In this document: piece by piece, positions 45,187 through 54,790 of the stretch
How the letters are laid out: each line of letters opens with the position of its first letter
Numbering within the stretch: position 1 is the first letter of the stretch
IMG/VR virus record: IMGVR_UViG_3300030419_007436
Location: 64,001-128,000 of that record
Strand: one strand, 5' to 3'
Length of the DNA stretch: 64,000 nt
Source: a virus
Made by a program: the position numbers and the translations under genes
The notes under the pieces: generated by a model
Databases searched by the model: none
What the model was told of the DNA's origin: nothing
The model's input: only the letters and a program-made list of their open reading frames with translations

Positions 45187-45567
45187 TTAATGCAATGATA
45201 ACGAACAGTTTTCTTTCAATAGGTCTTCCTTCATCACTACCAAACTTTGAAACAAAACCGTGAAAGAGAGGGCTTCTTTCTCTGGAATTATGTAGGATTT
45301 AGTTTTTTTATCAAAAAGCCTCTCATCCATCATATCATTCAGAACATTTTCAAAGTGGCGGAGGCCAGCAAAGTACTCACACAAGATTGCTTTAGCCAAA
45401 CTATTAATGTCTTTGAGATCCCCCTCAAAAAGCAATTGGGAAACAATCTTTCTGTCTCGCTCTATTTTAAAAATGTATCTTAGACAAGCATCTTCATCTA
45501 ACACATAAATTATTTTCTTCTTCTTCTCTTGCAAGAATAATATACCTCTTTCTTGCCCTCTCTCCAA
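45187..45567 (-). CDS. Hypothetical protein
   Basis: ORF track; start uncertain. Confidence 0.5.
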   Translation of the reverse strand: MERGQERGILFLQEKKKKIIYVLDEDACLRYIFKIERDRKIVSQLLFEGDLKDINSLAKAILCEYFAGLRHFENVLNDMMDERLFDKKTKSYIIPEKEALSFTVLFQSLVVMKEDLLKENCSLSLH

Positions 45568-45950
45568 AATTTAGGGCTTTTTCTATCTTCTGTTACAAGC
45601 AACGCTTGAATTTGTTTCTGGCCATCTTTTTCTCTTATTTTAAAACTATAGGGCTTCGGTCTAAAAGACCCGTAAAGGGGCTTTCTGCGGCGCTTCTTGC
45701 CATATCTGCTCTTGGGCCTAGAATTAAGGAATCTGATGCAAGCAGCTACTATTTCTGCAAGTTCTAGGCCCTCCTTCTCCCACGCCTCGTAATCTACATC
45801 AAGATTTACGACCACAACCCAACAATCACGACCATATCCTTTGATGGGATAGTAACACGTCATGTATTGACCATACCTGTATTCAGATTCGTCAGTTGGG
45901 AACAGCGTCGATCTTTTCATTGGTATCAGTTTGCACGGAATTGTTTTCAT
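45510..45950 (-). CDS. Hypothetical basic protein
   Basis: ORF track. Confidence 0.6.
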   Translation of the reverse strand: MKTIPCKLIPMKRSTLFPTDESEYRYGQYMTCYYPIKGYGRDCWVVVVNLDVDYEAWEKEGLELAEIVAACIRFLNSRPKSRYGKKRRRKPLYGSFRPKPYSFKIREKDGQKQIQALLVTEDRKSPKFWREGKKEVYYSCKRRRRK

Positions 45951-46212
45951 CTAAATCACCTAAATGTTTTTCCAGATCGGTGTATCCACCAATCAAAGTA
46001 AAGCTCCCACGGGAAGTAATTTCAAACACAATGGGAACAGTGTCCCAACTGTGCTTTTCTTTCACTCTACCTAACTCTTCAAGATTTCCATCCATTACAA
46101 AGATATGATAAGGTAAAGATTTTTCAATTAATATTTCTTCAGCCTTTTTGCACCACGGACAAGACGATTTTATCCAAAGCACATAGTGTTGTTCAGCCGA
46201 GGAGAAGTTCAT
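45892..46212 (-). CDS. Glutaredoxin
   Basis: CPWC, TVPIVF, IGGY. Confidence 0.85.
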   Translation of the reverse strand: MNFSSAEQHYVLWIKSSCPWCKKAEEILIEKSLPYHIFVMDGNLEELGRVKEKHSWDTVPIVFEITSRGSFTLIGGYTDLEKHLGDLDENNSVQTDTNEKIDAVPN

Positions 46213-46471
46213 TTTTATTCCCCCTTATTTTTTCTTGAATCGAAGAGGGGTCGCCCACCACAATGAGTTCTGCGCCAGCTTGCCCCTTGTCAAGTACGAC
46301 GCGAGTAAACCGATGAGAATCATCGAGACCAACGGGCATTGTCCCTTCGTTAAGTTTTCTCTTAACACTATCATCTTCACGTAGCGAAACCACGTGTTTA
46401 GGATTTACGAATACTTCCCTTAGTGTGTAGTTTTGAGTTGAACTTCTAAATACTTCTACTAGTCTAACCAT
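46193..46471 (-). CDS. Small beta-rich protein, FlbD-like pattern
   Basis: VFVNPKHVVSLRE...IVVGDPSSIQEKI; weak similarity. Confidence 0.4.
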   Translation of the reverse strand: MVRLVEVFRSSTQNYTLREVFVNPKHVVSLREDDSVKRKLNEGTMPVGLDDSHRFTRVVLDKGQAGAELIVVGDPSSIQEKIRGNKNELLLG

Positions 46472-46725
46472 TTTTCCTCCTGATAAGGCAATACATCATG
46501 CCGATTAATGTAAAACTTTTCGCCTCGATATAGAACCGGAAGCCACTCTTCCCGATCATTTTCACAGTTTTCCAACAGCAACAGATTTTTTGGCGTAGTT
46601 AAATTTATGAAGCGCACGGGAGATGGACCAACATATGTTTGATTGGGGTTGACTTCCTGTACGCTTTCATCAAAATCCATCAAAGTTACGTGTGCTGGAA
46701 CATAAACCAAATCACCCGCCTTCAT
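46459..46725 (-). CDS. GDLV-like protein
   Basis: MKAGDLVYVP; ATGA overlap. Confidence 0.6.
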   Translation of the reverse strand: MKAGDLVYVPAHVTLMDFDESVQEVNPNQTYVGPSPVRFINLTTPKNLLLLENCENDREEWLPVLYRGEKFYINRHDVLPYQEEKWLD

Positions 46726-47095
46726 TTGTTTGTCCTTCCTGATGCATTTTTATAAATTCTTCCCAGGCACGTTGAGCGGCCTCATCAGACCCAAGATCGC
46801 CCTGTGGTGGTTGATGCTCTGTCAAAATTCCCTGTTGAGCCTGAAGTCGGGCTTGTTGATAACCATTTAAAATATTTTGGCAATCGTACAGAGAAAAGGC
46901 CGCGGCAGACAGATTTTTTCTACATTCTTCAATTGCCTCGGATGCCTTTTTTTCATCTTCTTTTTGTAAGAGTTTTTGTACATCAGGAAATTTTTTATTA
47001 AGATTCTCAATATTTTCCTCTGTTTTTAATAAAAGTTCTTCAATCAACCCCCTCACTTCTGATAGGTCGACTGAATAAGTTACATTAACGCGCAT
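46712..47095 (-). CDS. Coiled-coil hypothetical protein
   Basis: AGGAGG RBS; TTGACA..TATAAT upstream (47119-47146). Confidence 0.7.
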   Translation of the reverse strand: MRVNVTYSVDLSEVRGLIEELLLKTEENIENLNKKFPDVQKLLQKEDEKKASEAIEECRKNLSAAAFSLYDCQNILNGYQQARLQAQQGILTEHQPPQGDLGSDEAAQRAWEEFIKMHQEGQTNEGG

Positions 47096-47151
47096 GAACG
47101 CCTCCTTCTATAAACTTAATTATAACATGTTTAAACTATTTGTCAAGAAAA

Positions 47152-47418
47152 TTAAAGTAGAATTTTATAAACGGTGGCGCAGGTGAGAGTGACTACGCTT
47201 GTTATTATAATCCAAATAAGGCGAGAGGAGGTTTCCTTCCAAGACTCTAGCTCACGAAGTCGAGCGTATAATCCCTGATCCGGGTTATATACGGCTTCCT
47301 TGATTTTTACAATATCGTCAGCCATTTCGTCCTGTTTATCTTTGACGGTATCTAATTTTTGCATTAGTTGATCAAACTTTCCGTTCATTTCTGCAAAAGC
47401 TACAGCATCGTCGCTCAT
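47152..47418 (-). CDS. Coiled-coil protein with C-terminal membrane helix
   Basis: ORF track; hydrophobic C-terminus. Confidence 0.65.
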   Translation of the reverse strand: MSDDAVAFAEMNGKFDQLMQKLDTVKDKQDEMADDIVKIKEAVYNPDQGLYARLRELESWKETSSRLIWIIITSVVTLTCATVYKILL

Positions 47419-47442
47419 GAAAGTTTCCCCCTGTTAACATAA

Positions 47443-49017
47443 CTAGTTAGCACATTCGATAATGGCATGATTAGTTGTGATTAAAGTGGACGCAACAGAC
47501 GTTGCATTTTGTAGCGCACATCTTGTAACTTTTACTGGGTCAATAATCCCACTTTCCACCAAATTTACCAGCTTCCCGGTATTAAAATCAATTCCCTTGT
47601 TTTCTTTTGACTTTTCCACCAAAGATAATAAAATATCAGGAGAATAGCCAGCGTTCTTTGCCATCTGTCTGAAAGGTTCTTTTACTGCCTCGCAAACTAT
47701 CTGAACTCCCAGCTTTTGATCGTCATTATCTGTCGCGACTTTTAAATTTTTAGTAGCGCGTATAAGAGCCACACCTCCTCCTGAAACAACGCCCTCAAGC
47801 TGCGCGGCAGTTACCGCTTCGAGAGCATCTTCAATGCGGTGTTTTTTTTCTATCATTTCTACCTCGCTGGAGGCTCCCACTCGGATTATTGCAATACCGC
47901 TAGCAAGTCGAGTTATTCTTTCTTGTGCTTTCTCACATTCTTGCAAACTTTCCGTTTCTTTTATCTGAGCTTTTAGCAAATCAATTCTTTTTTCCACCTC
48001 ATCGATGTCCCCGTTTCCACCTACTACAGTTGTAAGATTTTTAGAACTTTCAATTGATTTGGCGCGGCCAAAATGATTGAGTTTTATATCTTTTAATCTC
48101 AAATTGTTTTGTCTTGTAATGAAAGTCGCACCGACAGAAAGCGCCAAATCATTAAGAATGCTTCGCCTTTCCTCTCCATATCTAGGCGCCTTAATCCCGG
48201 CGACGCGAAGAGTACCACGCATTGCATTCATAATTAACGCAGCAAGAGCCTGGCCTTCTATATTTTCAGCCACGATAATAAAAGGGCGACTCTCGCGCGC
48301 CGCTATTTCTAGCGCAGGCATCATGTCCTCTACATTGTCAATGCTCTCGTCTGTGACCATAATGAGGGGATCCTCGTAGCGCACGACACCTCTCTTTTCG
48401 TCAGTTACAAAGGCGCTAGCTAAATATCCAGAATCAAAGCGAAATCCCTCCACCAAGTCTAGACTAGTTTCAATTGATCGTGCCTCTTCGATTGTGATCG
48501 CTCCATCCTTGCCTGCAAGATCCACAGCTTTAGCAATTAAATTACCGATAAGGCTGTCATTGTTAGCTGATATTTTTGCAATGTGGGCTATTTCCTCCTG
48601 AGACATTATGGGTTGTGCCAAAGACTTTAAATTCTCTACAATCTGCTTCAAAGCCTTATCCATCCCTCTTTTTAGTTCTACTGGGGGCGCCCCGGCCATC
48701 AAATATTTTTGAGCCTGTGTTAAAATTGCGCGTGTTAAAACGGTAGATGTAGTGGTGCCGTCACCGGCCTCACTGTTAGTCCTTGATGCAGCCTGCTTGA
48801 TAATTTCTGCACCTACATTTTCAAAAGGATCCTTTAGTTCCACAAATTTAGCTACCGTTACTCCGTCTTTTGTAATTATTGGATTTTGCCCAGGTTGGTG
48901 TAGGATAACATTTCTTCCGCGCGGTCCAAGTGTAGAAGCCACGTTATCAGCCAGCGTAGCTGCTCCATTTAGAATTTTTTGTTGAAGATTTGTTCCCGAT
49001 TCATACTGTCGCGACAT
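47443..49017 (-). CDS. groL: Chaperonin GroEL (no GGM tail)
   Basis: TLGPRGRNV, ITKDGVTVA, AGDGTTT, GGGVAL, GIIDPVKV. Confidence 0.97.
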   Translation of the reverse strand: MSRQYESGTNLQQKILNGAATLADNVASTLGPRGRNVILHQPGQNPIITKDGVTVAKFVELKDPFENVGAEIIKQAASRTNSEAGDGTTTSTVLTRAILTQAQKYLMAGAPPVELKRGMDKALKQIVENLKSLAQPIMSQEEIAHIAKISANNDSLIGNLIAKAVDLAGKDGAITIEEARSIETSLDLVEGFRFDSGYLASAFVTDEKRGVVRYEDPLIMVTDESIDNVEDMMPALEIAARESRPFIIVAENIEGQALAALIMNAMRGTLRVAGIKAPRYGEERRSILNDLALSVGATFITRQNNLRLKDIKLNHFGRAKSIESSKNLTTVVGGNGDIDEVEKRIDLLKAQIKETESLQECEKAQERITRLASGIAIIRVGASSEVEMIEKKHRIEDALEAVTAAQLEGVVSGGGVALIRATKNLKVATDNDDQKLGVQIVCEAVKEPFRQMAKNAGYSPDILLSLVEKSKENKGIDFNTGKLVNLVESGIIDPVKVTRCALQNATSVASTLITTNHAIIECAN

Positions 49018-49071
49018 AAGCCCTCCATGACTTGTCTTTAAAATATATTATATTATACAATGATTGTCAAG

Positions 49072-50685
49072 TTATTTTTCAGATTTTATTTCTTCAGTTT
49101 TTGTTTCTATCTTTTGTGCAGCATTAATAGCTGTGTCTGCTTGTTCGTCAACAGCCAAACCTCCCGCAAAATAAGCCTGAATATTGGTGGTAAGTACCTT
49201 CACGTTATTAAAAATATCAAACACCTTCTCATTGATTGCTGCTGTGACTCGGTTAAGAACGTCTTGTACATTTGCAGCACCTACATGAATTGTGCCGATA
49301 TACACGCTTTCTTGGCCTTCCGGTAATGCGCTTTCTGAATAGCTTCCAACTTGCTTGACGTTTGTTTTATTTAATTTGAAGTCGTCCTTGAATAAGTACC
49401 CTCTACTATTTTTTAAGGCTCTTTTAAGAGTTTCAGTATCAGCAACTTGATAGAACTTAAGAGATTCCTCTGCACTCGCAAAATCCAGCTGGCCCAACGC
49501 TTCTTTTCTTCGGCTGCCAGCTTGAGAGCGATAGGCCCTGATTTGATTATTGATTGTGTTGAGTCCATCAATAATTTTTGGTACCATTTCCATAGAATAT
49601 ATACCTTCTCCGCCCTCTTCAGATACCGCGAGGTCAACTACAATATTTTTAAGAGGTCGTTGTACGAAAGCTGATCGTCCTGGTACCTTTTTACCCTTGA
49701 CCGATGTGAAAATTGCCTCATTGTTGGCCCAATCAAGTGCTTGTAGTAACATCTCTGCCTTTTGTTCGTCTCCGATCAAATTCTTTACATTGTCAGAAAA
49801 TAAAGATTCTAATTCTTCTGTAGAGACTCCCGCTGCCACCGCAGGCAGGTTTTCATTGTAATCCATCGACGGATTCTTAATAAATTCAACGGGTAATTCA
49901 ATCAAGCGTAAATTCTGTGTAACTTTTGAGAGAAAAAGAATATTAACAACGTTGCTTAAATTAAAATTAAACCTGTAAAAATCTAAGTGGCCTCTTTTCT
50001 CCAGTCCATCACCAGATAATGTTTTAGTCACTACTACATACTGCATCCCACGAGAGGCATCACTAGTCAAGTCGTTAATTAGATCTGTATAGCTTCCTCC
50101 CACCTCCACGCTAGTTTCAGAATACAGTTTAAGACTGATGGGGGTACCATCAGCAGTTCTCAGGTCTGCAATTGTGCCTTCACCTGTTGGTACCTGCTGT
50201 CCTCCCAAGAGGACTGCCAAAAATGATTCAAAAGAAAATCCCGCAGAGGAAGCATTAAAATTTGTAATGATTGTAGTGAGAGTTTTATAAAAAACCAAAT
50301 AGGACATGACTCGTGAAATTGTTGCACCGGCATCTCCGTCAATCATTTGTGCGAAAGATTCATCATCCCCCTCGTAAAATTCATTAAGAGACTTTAGCTT
50401 TCCCGGAAGGTCGGAGCCTTGAATATTGTTCAAGAAGTTTTGTAGTTGGGATCGCTGCTCCGATGGAATTTCGTGACCCTCTTCCGTGGTGCTCAGTTGT
50501 GACCATCCAATTTCAGAAACAGGCACATCTGGAATTGAGGCCCAGGATAGAGTTTGAGGACCGGCGTCTTCATTGAGAAGACTCAACAAATTCATTTGTT
50601 CTTCGATTTTTTCTAAGAGAGCGCCAAATTCCAAGACGTGCTCTGGTGCGTGATAAGAATCAACCAGCTTGTTTATATCAACCAT
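49072..50685 (-). CDS. Large protein with PD-(D/E)xK nuclease-like core
   Basis: GFSFESFLA...IADL...ISLKLY. Confidence 0.45.
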   Translation of the reverse strand: MVDINKLVDSYHAPEHVLEFGALLEKIEEQMNLLSLLNEDAGPQTLSWASIPDVPVSEIGWSQLSTTEEGHEIPSEQRSQLQNFLNNIQGSDLPGKLKSLNEFYEGDDESFAQMIDGDAGATISRVMSYLVFYKTLTTIITNFNASSAGFSFESFLAVLLGGQQVPTGEGTIADLRTADGTPISLKLYSETSVEVGGSYTDLINDLTSDASRGMQYVVVTKTLSGDGLEKRGHLDFYRFNFNLSNVVNILFLSKVTQNLRLIELPVEFIKNPSMDYNENLPAVAAGVSTEELESLFSDNVKNLIGDEQKAEMLLQALDWANNEAIFTSVKGKKVPGRSAFVQRPLKNIVVDLAVSEEGGEGIYSMEMVPKIIDGLNTINNQIRAYRSQAGSRRKEALGQLDFASAEESLKFYQVADTETLKRALKNSRGYLFKDDFKLNKTNVKQVGSYSESALPEGQESVYIGTIHVGAANVQDVLNRVTAAINEKVFDIFNNVKVLTTNIQAYFAGGLAVDEQADTAINAAQKIETKTEEIKSEK

Positions 50686-50723
50686 ACCTATAATTAGTTC
50701 TCCTAGGGCACATATACTATTAT

Positions 50724-51371
50724 TTAAACAATTATATCTGCGATACCATATTCCACCGCTTCTTTGGCGGTAAAATAAAAGTTAACTCTTTTGTCTAGCA
50801 TCTTTTTTAATTGCCTTCTCGTTAGCTTGGTTTCTTTTATTAGTGTAGTACAGAGTTGCTCTTGGATCCAGCGCATTTCATTCATTTCATTTTCTAGATT
50901 GTGCAGCGCTCCCCACTGCTCCCCAACGGTACTATGAATCATGACACGACAGGATTTGCCAATCTTTCGTTTTCCCTTGGTGCCAGAAGCGAGCAACAAA
51001 ACTCCTGCTGACATCACCTTCCCCAATCCATAGGTACAAATATCATAGTTTTCTCGCATTTCTCTGATCACATCATATAAAGTAAACATGCCATAGGCGC
51101 AACCGCCCCACGTAGAAATATAAAAGTCCACTGGTTTATAAATTGTTTCTGCTACCGGCGAATCTGGGTTTGTAGGGTCTTCCAAAACTTCCTCTATCCC
51201 GGTTTTCTGAAGTTCTAATAAGGTGCATGCAATCTCTTCCACTTTATCCTCAGATAAGCTCCCAAACAGTTTGACTGAGCGTAACTTTGGCTGCTCTGAA
51301 GAGGTGTTGAGAAGAATTATTGGTGTCGTTTCTTCTTTTTTTTCTTCTTTTTCTTCTTCGCTGAACTTCAA
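50724..51371 (-). CDS. clpP: ClpP-family protease subunit
   Basis: ISTWGG, GKVMSAG (Ser), RVMIH (His), AKEAVEYGIAD. Confidence 0.9.
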   Translation of the reverse strand: MKFSEEEKEEKKEETTPIILLNTSSEQPKLRSVKLFGSLSEDKVEEIACTLLELQKTGIEEVLEDPTNPDSPVAETIYKPVDFYISTWGGCAYGMFTLYDVIREMRENYDICTYGLGKVMSAGVLLLASGTKGKRKIGKSCRVMIHSTVGEQWGALHNLENEMNEMRWIQEQLCTTLIKETKLTRRQLKKMLDKRVNFYFTAKEAVEYGIADIIV

Positions 51372-51688
51372 AATCCGTTTCCTTGCCTTTCATCAGGAGT
51401 TGCACCAAGATCTGGGCTGCTAACATTTTTACTATGTAATAGAACCTGAATTATGTCGCCGCTCCACTTCAAGTCCAGCTTGTCTTGAATAAATAATCTA
51501 ACCATATTCATACTTTTTTCTACCTCCTCTGGAGTTATCTTCTTTTCAAGAGCGTACCTTCTAATAGAATTAACAACAGTGTTCGCCAAGAACGCCTTAT
51601 CGGCAATATATAAATTTTCTTCCTGTTTGACAGTACCCTCTTTTACAAACCATTCCAATACCTTATTCTTTGTCTTTGTTGTTTTCAT
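51368..51688 (-). CDS. Hypothetical protein
   Basis: ORF track; coupled overlap. Confidence 0.6.
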   Translation of the reverse strand: MKTTKTKNKVLEWFVKEGTVKQEENLYIADKAFLANTVVNSIRRYALEKKITPEEVEKSMNMVRLFIQDKLDLKWSGDIIQVLLHSKNVSSPDLGATPDERQGNGF

Positions 51689-52052
51689 TGAGACGCCTCC
51701 TGTAATATTCGCTCAGTATATCCATACCTTCTTTCCAACTATCAAAAGACAGTTTAATATAATTAGGTACAGTAGAATGAATATTTCTAATACAAGAGCC
51801 TTTAAAGTTTTCAAAGAATTGAACGTCGTCCAGTTTGCTTTTCTTTATTTGCTCGGGGTCAATATTAGACTCCAACATCGTTTTATATTTTAGTGATTTT
51901 ATGAAAGATATATCCTCGGCTGCTGTGGCCAGCAGCCTCAATACATCATACTGAAGTGTCTGAAATACTATTGTTACTTGGGATATCCCAAATAACTTAG
52001 ATAGGAGACGATAGCTTAAAGCTCCAAAAAGAAACCATAAGAATTCATACAT
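51663..52052 (-). CDS. Hypothetical protein with N-terminal membrane helix
   Basis: ORF track. Confidence 0.65.
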   Translation of the reverse strand: MYEFLWFLFGALSYRLLSKLFGISQVTIVFQTLQYDVLRLLATAAEDISFIKSLKYKTMLESNIDPEQIKKSKLDDVQFFENFKGSCIRNIHSTVPNYIKLSFDSWKEGMDILSEYYRRRLNENNKDKE

Positions 52053-52069
52053 TTAAACCTCTTTGGTTG

Positions 52070-53110
52070 TTATTTGCGGTTTCTTCCAAGGCGGCGGCTG
52101 ATTTTCTCGGCCAACACATTGGCCATATCATCTGCACGCTTTTCCTTAAGAATACGATTGCGCACTCGGGTGAAAACTGTTTCCAAAAGGGCATCTTCAT
52201 CAAGATATTCTACCCCTTCAAGTTCAAGGTTCTCGTTGGTGGGCTTTTTCTTTCCCGCGCACTCAGCATCACGGACAACGCGCGTACTGTTGCCGTCTGG
52301 TACCACACAATTCCATTTGTCGCCGGTTTGCTCCCAGTGGGCTTTGCCGCCATGAACTTTGTCTTTGTAGCCACCGGTTTCGCTGAGCTTTTTCTTTCCC
52401 GCGCACTCAGCATCACGGACAACGCGCGTACTGTTGCCGTCTGGTACCACACAATTCCATTTGTCGCCGGTTTGCTCCCAGTAGGCTTTGCCGCCATGAA
52501 CTTTGTCTTTGTAGCCACCGGTTTCGCTGAGTTCCTCACCATGGCCGCCTGTCTCCATCAGCCGCTGCATTAGGCGATTATAAATACTTTCGGCCAACTC
52601 TTCTTCAGGCTCATCCTCGGGCCCAAGTTCGCCTTCAAGGTCGCCACCAGCTTCAAGGTCTTCTCCCTCTTCTTCGGGTTCCATTTCTCCAACCTCAATC
52701 TCTTCCGGCTCTGGCATTTCCTCAACTTGCATATCAACACCATGCTCTTCTGCAACATCTTTGATGGCGTCTAGCACATCTCTAGCAAACTCCTCAACGG
52801 AGCCCTCAAGTCCCTCTTCCTCGGGTGCATCCACTTCCATTTCTGCGCCCATAGGCTCTTCCATGGGGGCTTCTGCGCCTAATTCTGCTCCCTCTTCGGC
52901 TGCTGCTTCTAGGTCCTCTTCTTCTTGTTCTTTTAACGCTGGCGGGACTGCGCCCTCATGATTTCCTGGGTTAAGATTCTTCTTACCCCATTTGCCCGGG
53001 CCGTGGCCATCGCCCTCGGCTAAAAAATCACCAGTCAAGACATCTGTACCGGCCAATTTCATAAAACGGCGAATGGTGCCTTCCTTTAACAAGTTCTTGT
53101 TATTGCTCAT
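52070..53110 (-). CDS. Highly acidic scaffold/prohead-core-like protein with a 48 aa tandem duplication
   Basis: Start MSNNKNLLKEG with AAGGAG RBS; Glu-rich; many L-x-E sites. Confidence 0.55.
   Translation of the reverse strand: MSNNKNLLKEGTIRRFMKLAGTDVLTGDFLAEGDGHGPGKWGKKNLNPGNHEGAVPPALKEQEEEDLEAAAEEGAELGAEAPMEEPMGAEMEVDAPEEEGLEGSVEEFARDVLDAIKDVAEEHGVDMQVEEMPEPEEIEVGEMEPEEEGEDLEAGGDLEGELGPEDEPEEELAESIYNRLMQRLMETGGHGEELSETGGYKDKVHGGKAYWEQTGDKWNCVVPDGNSTRVVRDAECAGKKKLSETGGYKDKVHGGKAHWEQTGDKWNCVVPDGNSTRVVRDAECAGKKKPTNENLELEGVEYLDEDALLETVFTRVRNRILKEKRADDMANVLAEKISRRLGRNRK
52243..52531 (-). repeat. 144 bp in-frame tandem duplication
   Basis: 52243-52387 and 52387-52531 differ at one base (TAC/CAC, Tyr/His). 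Confidence 0.95.
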
Positions 53111-53171
53111 CGAATTTCTCCTTCCCTTATGATTATCTGCCAGCACTTCTGGCGCTTACGTAAATAAATAG

Positions 53172-53411
53172 TTACAAACCTTTTAAATGTCTGTTTTTTT
53201 GCAATTTTTGTAAGGCTTTATCTTGAATTTGTTTTACTCGAACAATACTCAAGTCCAATCGCTTGGCCACTTCTTCCAATGTAAGCGTCTTGTGTTTTAT
53301 TATTGATAAAAAGCTGCAATTTAAATCTTCTTTATATTCGATCCAACCGCGACACTCTTTTTCAGCGCATGTTTTACTCTCTAATACGCATTTCTGTAAA
53401 CATTTTTTCAT
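53172..53411 (-). CDS. Stand-alone sigma-70 region-4-like HTH with N-terminal Cys cluster
   Basis: TLEEVAKRLDLSIVRVKQIQDKALQKL; five Cys in the first 32 aa. Confidence 0.7.
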   Translation of the reverse strand: MKKCLQKCVLESKTCAEKECRGWIEYKEDLNCSFLSIIKHKTLTLEEVAKRLDLSIVRVKQIQDKALQKLQKNRHLKGL

Positions 53412-53734
53412 AAATTTGGGTGCTCCTTTTCTAAAATGTCAAATATGTTTTCAATATCCTCAACATCCAAACCAAACTTTCTGACTGTTTCCTTCTGTTT
53501 TTTTACCATTTTTTTATTTTCATTTATTTTTGTTTTAGATGTTTGTTTTTTTTCTTTTATTTCTTCAATAAAATTTATTATGTTTTCATTCTTTTCAATA
53601 TAGCCTTGCACCACCTTATTAAAAAATTCCTTAATTTTAATATTATCGTAGTGAAGTCGTATTTTCAAATCAGCATGTAATTTTGTGCTACCTTCAAAGC
53701 AAATTTGCTTTTTGTCTATTCCATATTCAGACAT
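53408..53734 (-). CDS. Hypothetical protein
   Basis: ORF track. Confidence 0.65.
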   Translation of the reverse strand: MSEYGIDKKQICFEGSTKLHADLKIRLHYDNIKIKEFFNKVVQGYIEKNENIINFIEEIKEKKQTSKTKINENKKMVKKQKETVRKFGLDVEDIENIFDILEKEHPNL

Positions 53735-53737
53735 CCC

Positions 53738-54778
53738 TTACCTCTTTAATATATGAGTATGGCTTTCTCCAAGCCCAGCACTTGTCTGGCGAACAAATGT
53801 GGCACGAGACTGAAGTTCTGAAATATTTCTACATCCAGAGTATGATAGACCACTCGCAATGCCATTTTTTAAATCTTGAAGAATGTTTTTCACATCCCCT
53901 TTGTACGGAATGGTGGTTGATATTCCTTCATCAGAAGAGTGTTCTCCTCTCCAATCAAACTGTGCTTCTTTGCTTGCCATCCCCCGATAAACTTTATTTT
54001 TAATACCTCTTGCAGTTTGAATTAATTCGCCGGGCGATTGATCTGTACCGGCTAGAACAGAGCCAAGCATTACAAAATCGGCTCCGGCGGCAATTGCCTT
54101 AACCATGTCTCCACTATTGCGCAAGCCACCGTCTGCGATGATCTTAGCCGCCCTGTCGGTTTTGGCACATTGAAATATTGTTTCAAGACCAGGGACGCCA
54201 TGGCCCGTTTGTATTCGAGTGGAACAAATTGAACCTCCACCAATATTACATCTTATGCTATCTGCACCCCAATCAGCCAAATCATTGAAAGCCTCTAAGG
54301 TTGCGACATTTCCTGCCATCACGTGCAACTTCTCATGAAATTCAGATTTTATTTTTTTAATTGCGTTTTTTACTAGGGCGTGGTGTCCGTGCGCAACATC
54401 CACGCAAACAATGTTTGCCCCATTTTCGTATGCGAGGGCGGCACGCGTGATGAACTTGCCCGTAACTCCAATTGCGACAGCTATGTTCGGATCTCTCATT
54501 CCTTCTCTCAAATAAGAATCATGAAGTTCCCTTACCATAGTGGACATCTCATCAATAGTGTTGTACCGGTGAATAACACCTAGTGCGCCACACTGAGCCA
54601 TCGAATAAGCCATTTCACTCTCCGTTACGGTGTCCATGGGAGCAGATATAATCGGCAAACTCAATTTTATATTTTGATCTAAGTTACTGGTAAGATCGAC
54701 CTCCTTTCTGCTAATAATGTCTGAATATTTCGGAACTAATAAAACATCATCGTATGTTAATGCTTCTTTAAATTTCAT
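53738..54778 (-). CDS. IMP dehydrogenase / GMP reductase family enzyme lacking CBS domains
   Basis: [46 protein letters not shown]. Confidence 0.9.
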   Translation of the reverse strand: MKFKEALTYDDVLLVPKYSDIISRKEVDLTSNLDQNIKLSLPIISAPMDTVTESEMAYSMAQCGALGVIHRYNTIDEMSTMVRELHDSYLREGMRDPNIAVAIGVTGKFITRAALAYENGANIVCVDVAHGHHALVKNAIKKIKSEFHEKLHVMAGNVATLEAFNDLADWGADSIRCNIGGGSICSTRIQTGHGVPGLETIFQCAKTDRAAKIIADGGLRNSGDMVKAIAAGADFVMLGSVLAGTDQSPGELIQTARGIKNKVYRGMASKEAQFDWRGEHSSDEGISTTIPYKGDVKNILQDLKNGIASGLSYSGCRNISELQSRATFVRQTSAGLGESHTHILKR

Positions 54779-54790
54779 TTTAACCTCTTT

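Larger units (their letters stand above)
7901..53172 (-). promoter_or_regulatory. Dispersed motif ACTAnTTA(T), putative late promoter, 17 copies just upstream of start codons
   Basis: Plus-strand TAAnTAGT at about 7901, 13459, 17771, 18117, 21286, 24784, 25425, 27659, 29222, 30192, 30536, 43691, 44710, 45168, 47440, 50691, 53165. Confidence 0.6.
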
